Shown here piece after piece: positions 50,514-60,780 of a DNA stretch of 63,171 nt (position 1 is its first letter; every line of letters starts with the position of its first letter). The notes below the pieces were generated by a model, which searched no databases, had not been told where the DNA came from, and was given only the letters and a program-made list of their open reading frames with translations. A program made the translations under genes and the position numbers. The stretch spans positions 1 to 63,171 of the forward strand of contig CAVFTC010000001.1 in the NCBI GenBank assembly GCA_963625295.1, written 5' to 3'. This DNA comes from Bacteroides faecis. Its GTDB lineage: Bacteria > Bacillota > Clostridia > Oscillospirales > Acutalibacteraceae.

Positions 50514-51326
50514 CTATTCTATCGGGATTTCGACAGGCTTTCTGTGCCTGAAGATCAGCACGCTGTCAAAGCCGCACTTCTTCGCAAGAAGCATTCCCTG
50601 CTCAATACCCGCACCCATATGCTCAACAAAGTGCGAATCCGAGCCGACGGTCACATACTTTCCGCCAAGCTCCTTAAAGCGGCGAACATAGCTCTCATCC
50701 GGCAGCGTTTTGCCGATGGGCTGTCTAAGCCCCGAGGTATTGATCTCGAGCGGCTTATCCTTTTCAATAAGCAATGAAAAAATCTCGTCAATATCTTTTT
50801 GATATCTCGCCATATCAACCTCAATATGATTTTCACCGACGATATAGCGCAAGGGATATGTAAGGTGAGCAAAGGTGTCAAATTTGCCCCACTCGGCGAG
50901 CATTTTCATCTCACGAAAATAATCGTCAAGAAGCGGATAAACACCGTCGGCGCAATAGCTCAGCTCACAAAAATCCGGCGTTTTTCTGAGGTTGTGAATT
51001 GAACCGATCACAATATCGTAGTCCTTGGAGGCAATAAGAGCCTCGCTCTCGGCAAGGTCATATGTCGGCTCGCCCATCTCAACTCCAACGCAAACCTCGA
51101 TTCTGTCCCTGTACTGCTCCTTAGCCCTTGAAACATCGGCAAAGGACTCATCCGCCGTTTTGTCAAAATGATTTTGCCGAAAAATATCCATTTCGACATG
51201 ATCCGTAAACGCAACGATTTTAATACCCTTTTCAATGGAGCTTTCGATCATCTCGTCAACGGAATAGTGACCGTCGAATGAATGAATCGTATGCGCATGC
51301 ATATCAACTATATTTTTTAAAGCCAT
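50514..51326 (-). CDS. PHP-family histidinol-phosphatase-like hydrolase
   Basis: VDMHAHT.HS.DG and FTDH metal-binding motifs; 270 aa. Confidence 0.8.
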   Translation of the reverse strand: MALKNIVDMHAHTIHSFDGHYSVDEMIESSIEKGIKIVAFTDHVEMDIFRQNHFDKTADESFADVSRAKEQYRDRIEVCVGVEMGEPTYDLAESEALIASKDYDIVIGSIHNLRKTPDFCELSYCADGVYPLLDDYFREMKMLAEWGKFDTFAHLTYPLRYIVGENHIEVDMARYQKDIDEIFSLLIEKDKPLEINTSGLRQPIGKTLPDESYVRRFKELGGKYVTVGSDSHFVEHMGAGIEQGMLLAKKCGFDSVLIFRHRKPVEIPIE

Positions 51327-51392
51327 TTGCGACCATAACCTTTCAAATGAACACGATCAATGTATTTTCCTGATAAATTTTATCACAACGGG

Positions 51393-51893
51393 CTATAGGC
51401 TGTCAACCGTAATTGCCCATTCTTTCACAAGCTCGTCAACGCTTTTTGCCGCATTGGCAGGGCTGGTGGACGGCAGACGCACGGCGTTGACCCCGATTGT
51501 GGGAAAAATGTACTTTTTGTAAAGCCTATCTGCGGTTGCGCCGTTGGTGAAAATATGCTCAATGCTGCTGTTTTCCATAATAAAGCCGATATCGTTCGGC
51601 ACGGCGTTTTTTATCGAGCTGTCTGCCGAGCCGTGAATATCGCACGAAGCGATAACATCCCAAAGTGCAACATGATTATTCAAAAGCATAGCTTTCTTTT
51701 CTTCGATCGTAACAGGAGCTTCAACGCCGAGAAGCTTGGACATAACCGCCCAGAATCTGTTTCTCGGATGACCGTAAAAGAACATCTGCTCCCTGCTTTT
51801 GACCGACGGAAAGCTGCCTAAAATCAAAATCTTACTTTCCCCGTCCCATACAGGGTCAAACGGGTGCTCAACATGCACCGACGCTTTGTCCAT
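51393..51893 (-). CDS. DNA-deoxyinosine (hypoxanthine) glycosylase, UDG superfamily
   Basis: ILILGSFPS..S, FYGHPRN.FW and PSTSPANA motifs. Confidence 0.8.
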   Translation of the reverse strand: MDKASVHVEHPFDPVWDGESKILILGSFPSVKSREQMFFYGHPRNRFWAVMSKLLGVEAPVTIEEKKAMLLNNHVALWDVIASCDIHGSADSSIKNAVPNDIGFIMENSSIEHIFTNGATADRLYKKYIFPTIGVNAVRLPSTSPANAAKSVDELVKEWAITVDSL

Positions 51894-51979
51894 CTTACCA
51901 CCTCACAGACATTTTCTGCGGTTACATAAAAACACCCCGAAAGGCATTTGAGCTTTTCGGAGTGCTGATTGTGATTGAA

Positions 51980-54028
51980 TTATTCCTCAACAGGTGCTTC
52001 TGCAGCTTCCTCTGCCGGAGCTTCCTCTGCAGCTTCCTCAACCGGAGCTTCTTCGGTTGCTTCTTCGTTAGCCTCATCAGCCTTCGGAAGAAGGGCACGG
52101 ATCGAAAGGCTTACACGGCTCTTGTCAAAGTCGATAGCTGTGATCTTGCACTTAACCTTCTCGCCGATCTGAAGAACATCGGACGGCTTGCCGATTCTCT
52201 GATCAGCAATCTGAGAAATGTGGATAAGTCCGTCAATGCCCGGGATAACGGTTGCGAATGCACCGAAGGTGGTAAGACCTACGATCTCGGAATCAATAAC
52301 GGTATCAACCGGATAGTCACGACGAAGGATCTCCCAAGGATTGTCCTCAGCCTTCTTGTAGCCGAGAGAAATTTTCTTGTTTTCCTTATCAAGGCTCTTG
52401 ATATAAACCTCGATCTCCTGACCGATGGCAAGAACCTCAGAGGGATGCTTGATTCTCTTCCACGACATCTCGGAAATATGTACCATTCCGTCTACGCCGC
52501 CGATATCAACGAATGCGCCGTAATTTGTGAGGGACTTAACCACACCGTGATAAACCTGTCCCTCCTCGGCCTGTGCCCAGAAGGCTTCCTCAGCAGCCTT
52601 GCGAGCCTCTCTGATAACAGCCTTGATAGAACCGATAGCCTTCTTGCGGCCACGCTCGGACTTAACCTCAATAATCTTGAGGTCAACCTTTGTCTTGAGA
52701 AGCTCATCAAGAGAATCTCCTCTTGAAGCGGTGGCAAGCGATGCCGGAACAAATACTCTGACGCCGCTTACAACGACGATAACGCCGCCCTTGACAACAT
52801 CTGTAACCGTACCGGAAACGACCTCGTCGTTCTCCTTGGCAGCTTCGATCTTATCCCAAGCGCCCTGAGCGTCATATCTCTTCTTGGAAAGCATAACAGT
52901 GCCTTCCTGATCGTTTGTTTTCATGATTATGAGCTTGATCTCGTCACCGATCTTCAGCTCCTTCATCGGATCTGCTGTCGGATCTGCGCTGTACTCATCG
53001 GCAGGAACATAGCCTGTCTGCTTTCTGCCGATATCGACCTGGATCTCACTCGGTGAAATACCTGTGACCACACCGACAACCTTCTGCTCGGTGCTCATAT
53101 TGTTAAGAGACTCTTCGAGCGCCTCCATAAAATCAAGATCTTCAGCGGAAGCTTTTGCCACCTCCTCTGCATTTTCAATCGGGTTTGCGTTTACATTTTC
53201 TGACATTGTTGAAAGTACCTCCTTTATGATTGCCGCCGGAGTTGATGCTCCTGCGGTTACACCCACCTTTCGACATCCCGTAAAGCTGATATTTTTCAGC
53301 TCATCCGCCGTTTCGATAAGATAGGTCGGACAGCAGTTTTCACACACAGCCTTCAACTTCACTGTATTGGAGCTTTGCCGTCCTCCTACTATGATCATTG
53401 CGTCACATTCCTTGGCCAAATTGATGGCTTCGTCCTGCCGCTCATTAGTAGCATTACATATTGTATCAAAAATTAAAGCACTTGTACAGTCTTTTTTTAA
53501 TTTTTTTAAACATTTTTCCCATTCTACCGTATTAAAAGTGGTTTGGGCAACAACTATTATTCTTTTTTCACAATTTAGTTCCGATTTTTCAAGCTCCTCA
53601 AGATTTTTGAACACGATGACCTCGCCCTTGCAGTAGCTTTTAATTCCCTGAACCTCGGGGTGATTTGCGTCTCCTGCAATGAGAACCACGGAATTTTCGT
53701 CCGAATTGTCGGTTACAATCTTATGTATTTTTTTCACAAAAGGACATGCGGCGTCCCAGTATTCGTAGCCCCTTGCCTTTAATTCGTCGATTACCTGCTT
53801 CTCAACGCCGTGAGTTCTGAGCACGAGCTTTGTGTTCTGCGGAATCTCGTCTATCGAGTTCGCTATCACAACGCCCTTGCTTTTGAGATCGTCGATGACC
53901 TGCGGATTATGTATTATCGGACCGAGGGTGCATACGCTTTCGCCGCTTTTCACCATCTGATAAAGCCGATCGACCGCACGGTTCACCCCGAAGCAGAAGC
54001 CGGCGGTTTTTGCAAGCTTAATCTGCAT
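51980..54028 (-). CDS. ispH: Bifunctional IspH (HMBPP reductase) / ribosomal protein S1-repeat protein
   Basis: N-terminal IspH (AGFCFGVNRAV) followed by four S1 domains and an acidic tail. This is a known clostridial fusion. Confidence 0.9.
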   Translation of the reverse strand: MQIKLAKTAGFCFGVNRAVDRLYQMVKSGESVCTLGPIIHNPQVIDDLKSKGVVIANSIDEIPQNTKLVLRTHGVEKQVIDELKARGYEYWDAACPFVKKIHKIVTDNSDENSVVLIAGDANHPEVQGIKSYCKGEVIVFKNLEELEKSELNCEKRIIVVAQTTFNTVEWEKCLKKLKKDCTSALIFDTICNATNERQDEAINLAKECDAMIIVGGRQSSNTVKLKAVCENCCPTYLIETADELKNISFTGCRKVGVTAGASTPAAIIKEVLSTMSENVNANPIENAEEVAKASAEDLDFMEALEESLNNMSTEQKVVGVVTGISPSEIQVDIGRKQTGYVPADEYSADPTADPMKELKIGDEIKLIIMKTNDQEGTVMLSKKRYDAQGAWDKIEAAKENDEVVSGTVTDVVKGGVIVVVSGVRVFVPASLATASRGDSLDELLKTKVDLKIIEVKSERGRKKAIGSIKAVIREARKAAEEAFWAQAEEGQVYHGVVKSLTNYGAFVDIGGVDGMVHISEMSWKRIKHPSEVLAIGQEIEVYIKSLDKENKKISLGYKKAEDNPWEILRRDYPVDTVIDSEIVGLTTFGAFATVIPGIDGLIHISQIADQRIGKPSDVLQIGEKVKCKITAIDFDKSRVSLSIRALLPKADEANEEATEEAPVEEAAEEAPAEEAAEAPVEE

Positions 54029-54662
54029 GGCCTAACCTCCAAAGCTCCTTTATTCTGTCCATTATGAGTGCCGAGCCGTAGCGAAGATCCTTCATCTTGT
54101 CGATATCGTCGTGGAAATTAAGCTCCTCATATTTTATCGGCTCGCCGTACCGAACGGTCAGCCTTGTTCCCTTTTTAGCCTCGTCGCTTGTATAGATTGA
54201 AACGGGAACAACATCGCATTTGCACTTTTTCGCAACATAGCAAACTCCGCCCTTGGCTTCGTGAGGCTTAAAATCATGCGAGCGTGTGCCCTCGGGAAAA
54301 ATGCCGAGTGCTCCACCATTCTCAACAACCTTGACGGCATGGTTCATCGCCGGGAAGTCGAACTTGCTTCTGTCAACGGGAAAAGCATTGAGGTTAGCAA
54401 GAAACCAGCCGACAATATCCTTTTCAAAAAGCTCCTCCTTGGCAATGAAATGGAACTTCAACTTGCAGCCGACGCCGATTATGATGGGATCCATCGCCGT
54501 GATGTGGTTTGCGGCAAGGATAATGCCCCTGTCGGTCGGAATATTCTCCACGCCGACATAGGTTATTTTGTATTTTGAACTTACGATTATCTTTGCAAGA
54601 GGTCTTATTATCTTGTAAAGGAAATGACTTTTGTGTGATTCATAGTTGTATTTGTATGCCAT
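54018..54662 (-). CDS. plsC: 1-acyl-sn-glycerol-3-phosphate acyltransferase
   Basis: NHITAMD (HX4D) and FPEGTRS motifs. Confidence 0.85.
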   Translation of the reverse strand: MAYKYNYESHKSHFLYKIIRPLAKIIVSSKYKITYVGVENIPTDRGIILAANHITAMDPIIIGVGCKLKFHFIAKEELFEKDIVGWFLANLNAFPVDRSKFDFPAMNHAVKVVENGGALGIFPEGTRSHDFKPHEAKGGVCYVAKKCKCDVVPVSIYTSDEAKKGTRLTVRYGEPIKYEELNFHDDIDKMKDLRYGSALIMDRIKELWRLGHAD

Positions 54663-54683
54663 AGTGAATTTTCCTTTATGTCA

Positions 54684-55352
54684 TCATTTCAAATGATCCT
54701 TGATAATTCCGAGGAGATATTCTGCGCCGTTTTCAAGGTCATAACCGCCGTTATCGACATAGATAGCATCGTCCGCCTGCTTGAGCGGCGCAACCTCTCT
54801 GTGGCTGTCCTGATAGTCACGCTTTTTTATATCCTCTAAAATATCATTATAATCCGCTTTTTCGCCTTTTTCAAGCATTTCCTTATACCGTCTGTTCGCT
54901 CTCTCCTCAACGGAGGTCGTGAGAAAAATTTTAACATCCGCATTCGGCAAAACGACCGTGCCGATATCTCTGCCGTCCATTATGCAGTTGTTCTCGGCGG
55001 CAATGCTTCTCTGCAAATCAAAGAGAAATTCCCTGACCCTCGGAATAGCCGAAACATTTGACGCACCCATTGAAGCCTCCGGCGTTCTGATAGCGTCCGA
55101 AACATCCTCGCCATTGAGGAAAACATGCTGAGAGCTGTCAACAAATTTAAGCTCGACCTTAATGTCAGGCAAGGTAGCAACGACCTTTTCGGCATCCTTT
55201 GTGTCAATGCCCTTTCTTATCGAGTAAAGTCCGACCGTTCTGTAAAGTGCGCCCGTGTCAACATAGATGTAGCCGAGCTTCTTTGCAATAACCTTGGCCG
55301 TGCTGCTTTTTCCTGCGCCGGCAGGACCGTCAATAGCTATGTTTATCGCCAT
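54684..55352 (-). CDS. cmk: Cytidylate kinase
   Basis: IAIDGPAGAGKS P-loop and the DTGALYR motif. The ATG at 55352 has a GGAGG RBS. Confidence 0.95.
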   Translation of the reverse strand: MAINIAIDGPAGAGKSSTAKVIAKKLGYIYVDTGALYRTVGLYSIRKGIDTKDAEKVVATLPDIKVELKFVDSSQHVFLNGEDVSDAIRTPEASMGASNVSAIPRVREFLFDLQRSIAAENNCIMDGRDIGTVVLPNADVKIFLTTSVEERANRRYKEMLEKGEKADYNDILEDIKKRDYQDSHREVAPLKQADDAIYVDNGGYDLENGAEYLLGIIKDHLK

Positions 55353-55365
55353 AAAAATACCTCCG

Positions 55366-56601
55366 TTATACATTTTCACCGGCTAAGCGTCCGGTTGAAA
55401 AAGCAATTTGTAAATTAAATCCGCCCGTGTATGCGTCAACATCAATTACCTCGCCGGCAAAGTAAAGCCCCGGCAAAAGCTTCGACTGCATGGTTTTCGG
55501 GTCAATTTCCGAAATCTTCACACCGCCCGAGGTTACTATCGCCTCGTCTATCGGTCGGAAGCTCTTTATCGTAACTCTGAAATCCTTGAGCAGCTCAACG
55601 AGCCTGCGTCTTTGCTCCTTGGTTATCTGATTGACCTTTTCGTTCGCCCTGATTCCGCTAAGCTTCACAACAACGGGAATCAGCTTTCTCGGCAGAAGCG
55701 CACCGAGCGAATTGATAAAATCCTTGTTAGTATTCCCGGAAAAGTCTCTGAGAATTCGTGCGTCAAGCTGCTCGTGAGTGAGCGCAGGCTTGAGGTCGAT
55801 CGAAACGATATACCTGCCCGGCTCCATGTCACGGAGCATTGAGCTTGCCGAGAGAACCATGGGACCCGAAATTCCGAAATGAGTGAAAAGCATCTCGCCG
55901 AACTCGTCATATACGATTTTGTTTTTCTTCTTCGTATCAATAACCTTCATTGTGACATTTCTCAGCGAAAGTCCCATGAGGTCGGTACAAAAGCCCTCAT
56001 GCGCATTGAGCGGCACAAGCGACGGCTTCGGCTCGATTATCGTATGGCCTGCCTGCCTTGCAAGCTCGTAGCCGTCACCCGTCGAGCCTGTCAGCGGATA
56101 GGATTTGCCGCCCGTTGCGATAATTATTTTATCTGCGTTAATTTCCTCGCCGTCAAAGGTGCGAACGCCCTTGAGCACACCGTCCTTTATAATAAGCTCC
56201 TTTGCTCTGCCGTGAACTATCCGTGCTCCGTCGTCCGTTCCGTAATGAACAAGCGCATCGACAATATCCATCGCCTTATCCGAGCAGGGAAAGACCCTGT
56301 TGCCCCTTTCGCATTTGAGAGGAACGCCCATATCCTCGATAAGCTCTATCGTGTCCTGCGGCATAAAATTTGAAAATGCGCTGTAAAGAAATCGGCCGTT
56401 GGTCGGAACATTGGCAATCAGCTGAGAAAGCTCCTTGCAGTTGTTTGTAACATTGCAGCGACCCTTACCCGTTATTGCGACCTTTCTCGCCGGCTTATCG
56501 TTGCGCTCAAGGATCGTAACATCCTTGCCTCTGCCCGATATCGTGCCTGCCGCCATAAGTCCCGCCGCTCCTGCGCCGATAATTAAAATCTTTTCTGACA
56601 T
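55366..56601 (-). CDS. HI0933/BaiN-like NAD(P)/FAD-dependent oxidoreductase
   Basis: IIGAGAAGLMAA Rossmann motif, ITGKGRCN, and C-terminal GGFNLQ.AF.TG. Confidence 0.85.
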   Translation of the reverse strand: MSEKILIIGAGAAGLMAAGTISGRGKDVTILERNDKPARKVAITGKGRCNVTNNCKELSQLIANVPTNGRFLYSAFSNFMPQDTIELIEDMGVPLKCERGNRVFPCSDKAMDIVDALVHYGTDDGARIVHGRAKELIIKDGVLKGVRTFDGEEINADKIIIATGGKSYPLTGSTGDGYELARQAGHTIIEPKPSLVPLNAHEGFCTDLMGLSLRNVTMKVIDTKKKNKIVYDEFGEMLFTHFGISGPMVLSASSMLRDMEPGRYIVSIDLKPALTHEQLDARILRDFSGNTNKDFINSLGALLPRKLIPVVVKLSGIRANEKVNQITKEQRRRLVELLKDFRVTIKSFRPIDEAIVTSGGVKISEIDPKTMQSKLLPGLYFAGEVIDVDAYTGGFNLQIAFSTGRLAGENV

Positions 56602-56725
56602 TATATTCTCCTATGATATAAAAAACATGAATAAATCCAAACATAGATATTTTATAATAAATTTATGAAAAATGCAAGATAATTGATTGACTTTAATATG
56701 AACAATCAGTTATACTCTTACCGTA

Positions 56726-56757
56726 AAAGCAATATCGCACAATTGAGATGCTGCACA
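56726..56757. repeat. Degenerate solo MITE terminus
   Basis: AAAGCAATATCGCACAATTGAGATGCTGCAC resembles the family terminus. It creates the spurious ATG at 56748. Confidence 0.5.
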
Positions 56758-56780
56758 ATATTACTTTGGAGGTTATATAC

Positions 56781-59081
56781 TTGAAAAAAGGTTCACAATA
56801 TTTATGGTACAGCCACCCTGCGACGGCGTGGGTAGAGGCTTTACCTATCGGAAACGGCAGCCTCGGCGCAATGGTGTTCGGCGGCGTGGAAACGGAAGCT
56901 CTCGGTCTTAATCTCGACACGCTTTGGTCAGGTTCATGCCACGGCTATAAGGTCGAGAACAAGGTTGAGCACTTCAAGAAGGGTCGTCAGCTCATCCTTG
57001 AGGATAAAAAGCTTGAGGCAAGGGATTATATCGAAAAAAATCTCGGCGGAGATCCGTCGGAATGGTATCTTCAGCTCGGAAAGCTCATGATCACATCAAT
57101 GAAGAACATGTGCCCGAGGGATTATATCCGTGACCTGGACCTTGAAACCGGAATTGCAACGATCAGCTACAATTCGAGCGACACAAGCTACGCCCGTGAG
57201 AGCTTCATCAGCTTCCCCGACAAGGTGCTTGTTTACAGAATGACCGCAGACGGCAAGAACAAGCTCGACTTCAAGGCGATGGTCAACTGTGAGCTTCGCA
57301 ATGAGGTCACTGCCGACGGCAATACATATTTCCTTGACGGCATAGCTCCGACGCATATCGAGGAAAGCAGCAACGGTCCCGTCTGCACCTACGAGGACGG
57401 CGATAGACAGGGCATCAGCTTCCGCTGCGCTTTCAGAATAGACACCGACGGCAAGGTAAAGGCAAACAAGAACCACCTTCATGTTACGGACGCCGCATAT
57501 GCGACAATCTACCTGACGGCGGAAAACAATTTTGAAAGCTGGAACAAGTCGGTCGCACATTCGCAGAAGGACTATAAAGGCATCTGCGTTTCCCGTCTTG
57601 AAAATGCGGCAGCCAAGGGCTTTGAAGCTGTCAAGGCTGATCATATAAACGATTTCAGTCGGTACTTTAACCGTGTTTCGATCGACCTCGGCGAGAGCAA
57701 AAAGGATAATGTTCCGACGGATCGCCGAATTCATGATTTTCTTCACAGCAAAAAGAACGACAACAATCTTTATTGCCTTTTGTTCAACTATGGTCGCTAT
57801 CTCACAATTTCCGCTTCCCGTGAAGGCTCACAGGCTATGACGCTTCAGGGCATATGGACATTTGAGATGTGCTCCCCGTGGCGTTCAAATTATACGGTCA
57901 ACATCAACACGGAGATGAACTACTGGCCGACGATGATGTGCTCAATGCCGGAAATGAACATGCCGCTGATTAAATTCATCGGTGAAATTGCCGAATCAGG
58001 CAAAGAAACAGCAAAGCAGTTCTACGGCATTGACGGCACCTGCTGTCATCACAATGTTGACCTTTGGAGGATCACCACTCCCTCGGGCGGCAATCCGGTT
58101 TGGTCGTTCTGGTCGCTGGCAGGCGCATGGTTCTGCCGCCATCTTTACGAATATTACGAGTACACGCTTGACAAGTCCTACCTCAAGGAAACGGCAGTTC
58201 CCATCATGGAGGAAAACGCACGCTTCTGCCTTGATATGCTCATTGACGACGGCAACGGATATCTCATCTTCTGCCCCTCAACCTCACCCGAAAACGAATA
58301 CAAGGTCGGCTTAAAGGATACATCCGTCAGCAAAACAACATACATGACAATGGAAATAGTCACAGACCTTTTCACAAATCTTCGCTCGGCATATGATATC
58401 CTCGGCGTTGAGAATGACATAAGCCGCAGGATCGGTGAGGCTCTCCCCCGTCTTCTCCCTCTCAAGCAGGGCAAGGACGGCGGACTCATGGAATGGTACT
58501 ATGACGAAAAGGGCTTCGACAAGCATCACCGCCATGTTTCACATCTTTATGCTCTTCACCCGGCAAATCTCATTGATGTTGAGCGCACACCTGAGCTTGC
58601 CTCCTATGCTAAAAAGACTCTCGAAAACAGGGGCGACGGCGGCACGGGCTGGAGCTTAGGCTGGAAAATCAACTTCTGGGCAAGACTGCGTGACAAGGAC
58701 AAGGTCATCAAGCTCATCAACAATCAGCTCAGGTATATTCCGCCGAAATACAAGCCCGGCAGAGGCGGCACATTCCCGAATATGTTCGACGCTCATCCTC
58801 CGTTCCAGATCGACGGAAACTTCGGTGCAACGGCAGGTATCGCTCAGGCACTCATGCAGAGCTTCGGCAACCGCATTATCATTCTCCCCGCTCTCCCTGA
58901 CGAATGGGCAAACGGCCACATTCACGGCTTAACGGCAAAGGGCGGAGTCAAGGTCGATATTGACTGGGCGAACGGCAAGCTCACAAAGCTTACGCTTGAC
59001 GGCAAGGGTGAATTTGAGGTCGTTTACAACGGCACTTCAAAGCTTGTCACTCTCGACGGTAAAAAGGAAGTTGATTTCTGA
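56781..59081 (+). CDS. GH95 alpha-L-fucosidase-type glycoside hydrolase
   Basis: LWY..PA..W.EALP.GNG.LGAM.FGG...E...LN..TLWSG N-terminal signature. I prefer the TTG at 56781 (GGAGG RBS 8 nt upstream) over the ATG at 56748. Confidence 0.85.
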   Translation: MKKGSQYLWYSHPATAWVEALPIGNGSLGAMVFGGVETEALGLNLDTLWSGSCHGYKVENKVEHFKKGRQLILEDKKLEARDYIEKNLGGDPSEWYLQLGKLMITSMKNMCPRDYIRDLDLETGIATISYNSSDTSYARESFISFPDKVLVYRMTADGKNKLDFKAMVNCELRNEVTADGNTYFLDGIAPTHIEESSNGPVCTYEDGDRQGISFRCAFRIDTDGKVKANKNHLHVTDAAYATIYLTAENNFESWNKSVAHSQKDYKGICVSRLENAAAKGFEAVKADHINDFSRYFNRVSIDLGESKKDNVPTDRRIHDFLHSKKNDNNLYCLLFNYGRYLTISASREGSQAMTLQGIWTFEMCSPWRSNYTVNINTEMNYWPTMMCSMPEMNMPLIKFIGEIAESGKETAKQFYGIDGTCCHHNVDLWRITTPSGGNPVWSFWSLAGAWFCRHLYEYYEYTLDKSYLKETAVPIMEENARFCLDMLIDDGNGYLIFCPSTSPENEYKVGLKDTSVSKTTYMTMEIVTDLFTNLRSAYDILGVENDISRRIGEALPRLLPLKQGKDGGLMEWYYDEKGFDKHHRHVSHLYALHPANLIDVERTPELASYAKKTLENRGDGGTGWSLGWKINFWARLRDKDKVIKLINNQLRYIPPKYKPGRGGTFPNMFDAHPPFQIDGNFGATAGIAQALMQSFGNRIIILPALPDEWANGHIHGLTAKGGVKVDIDWANGKLTKLTLDGKGEFEVVYNGTSKLVTLDGKKEVDF

Positions 59082-59650
59082 TGCTTGCAGATCTCTACGA
59101 TTTTGACAAAACCGTTTTCAACGGCGAATCGGGCAGCGAATTCTGGCATTTTTGTCTGAAGCGCCACCCCTCGATTATAAGATTTCTCCCGAAGCAGGCT
59201 GTCGGATTTTTCGGCCGCTATGTTTTTCGCATAATGAGTCAGGAGCGTTCAAAGGAGCTGTTCTATTCTTATCTCAAGGCGATTGACGCCGAAAAGGAAG
59301 CCGAGCTTTTTTGGCAGGAAAACGCCGTTAAAATGAACGGATGGTTCAAGCCGATAGAGCACGATGTTCAAACGGTTGTCTGCTCTGCCTCCCCTGTTTT
59401 TCAGATCAAGCCCATTTGCGACAGACTCGGAGTAAATCTTCTCGTAGCAACAAAAATGGATTCCGCCACAGGGCTTATCGACGGTAAAAACTGCAAGGGC
59501 GAAGAAAAAGTTCGCCGCTTAAAAAGAGAAGCCGCCGATTACGAATTCCGTGATACCTACACGGATAATCTTGTTTCAGACAAGCCGATTCTTGACCTTG
59601 CGACAAGGGATAAATATCATGTTGAGAACGGAAGTCTGACGAAAATTTAG
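59081..59650 (+). CDS. HAD-IB family hydrolase
   Basis: DFDKT (DxDxT) motif. The start overlaps the GH95 stop (TGATG). Confidence 0.75.
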   Translation: MLADLYDFDKTVFNGESGSEFWHFCLKRHPSIIRFLPKQAVGFFGRYVFRIMSQERSKELFYSYLKAIDAEKEAELFWQENAVKMNGWFKPIEHDVQTVVCSASPVFQIKPICDRLGVNLLVATKMDSATGLIDGKNCKGEEKVRRLKREAADYEFRDTYTDNLVSDKPILDLATRDKYHVENGSLTKI

Positions 59651-59804
59651 ACATTTTGTAATAAAAATCAAAAAAATTTGTCACAGTTTTGTTTTTTGCT
59701 TGAAAAAAATTTTCATCAATGGTAAAATTCAGTAAACGGCCGAGGAAATATCAATCGCAAGCTTGCATTTTTCTTCGGGTCGTTAATTGAAATGAGGTGT
59801 GCCT

Positions 59805-60545
59805 ATGGTAAAAAAAGAAAACAAAGCTTTGAAATACGCATCACTGATCTTCGGTATAGTCACGATTGCATATCTTTGGCTGTACGACAGGCTTCTTGAG
59901 CCTAATCCGCTTTACGGCGACCGTGCGTCAACGGCGAGCAATGTTGGCAGAGATCATTGGATTGCTTTTATATTCTGGGGTATGCTCATAGCAGCCTCGA
60001 TCGTACTCAACCTCAACTATTCGCTCGAAAAATTCAATGTTGACCGCAGATTTCCGAAAGCACTGTCGGTAGTAGGGCTGTTCGCCATGTTCGGAGTCGT
60101 GATGTGCAAAAACGAAAAGCTGAAAAGATTCACGCTTACGCTCAATTACGAAACCTACACCGCTCCGTCCTACACAAGCGACTATGCGGATCAAACGCTC
60201 GATACGCAGACCAATCTTATCAACTTCTTCTTATCCAAGAAAAGCCTGCATTCTGCGTTTGCGGTTTTATTCGGCCTTTGCATTGCAACGGCGGTCATAT
60301 ATTTCCTTGTCTATAAAGCAAGGACAAACAGGAAATTTTTCAATCTCACGATCGCTTTTTTCATTTGGATATGCATTGCTGCGATTTATCTCAAGGTTAG
60401 GCTCGGCGGAACGGCGGAAATTGTCGTTCTCACCGTTACGATGATCCCCATGCTGATAGTCAATCACACAAGGATCATGGAGTTGCCCGAGGAACGGGTC
60501 GAATGCATTGAAAAAGAAGAGGCCAAGGCAACGCCGCACAATTAA
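59805..60545 (+). CDS. Polytopic membrane protein, unknown function
   Basis: About six hydrophobic segments. The terminal AKATPHN* is encoded by the MITE at 60523-60690. Confidence 0.6.
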   Translation: MVKKENKALKYASLIFGIVTIAYLWLYDRLLEPNPLYGDRASTASNVGRDHWIAFIFWGMLIAASIVLNLNYSLEKFNVDRRFPKALSVVGLFAMFGVVMCKNEKLKRFTLTLNYETYTAPSYTSDYADQTLDTQTNLINFFLSKKSLHSAFAVLFGLCIATAVIYFLVYKARTNRKFFNLTIAFFIWICIAAIYLKVRLGGTAEIVVLTVTMIPMLIVNHTRIMELPEERVECIEKEEAKATPHN

Positions 60546-60690
60546 GGCGCACGCTTTGCTTGAAGCTATTTCCGTCATGCTGCACAAAAATTCCTTGACT
60601 TGCGACAGCAAGCGTGCAAAATTTTTTTACAACCTGGCAAAAAATCTTACTGCGCAATCCGCACACCTAAATTGTGCGGTATCGCCTTAA
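60523..60690. mobile_element. Full-length ~168-bp MITE-like element, same orientation as the 13471 copy
   Basis: CCAAGGCAACGCCGCACAATTAAGGCGCAC...CACACCTAAATTGTGCGGTATCGCCTTAA, with the central core conserved. Confidence 0.85.
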
Positions 60691-60780
60691 AATCCATATT
60701 GTTATAAATAATTCAGGAAAGGCATTAAGTTATAAAGGATAACCGTTATGACAATGCCTTTCTTTTTTGGAGGTATCACA

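Noticed and set aside
56748-56780. ATG at 56748 as the GH95 start
   Set aside because: That ATG lies inside a degenerate MITE terminus and lacks an RBS. The TTG at 56781 has GGAGG 8 nt upstream and gives the family-typical N-terminus. I still treat the start as uncertain.
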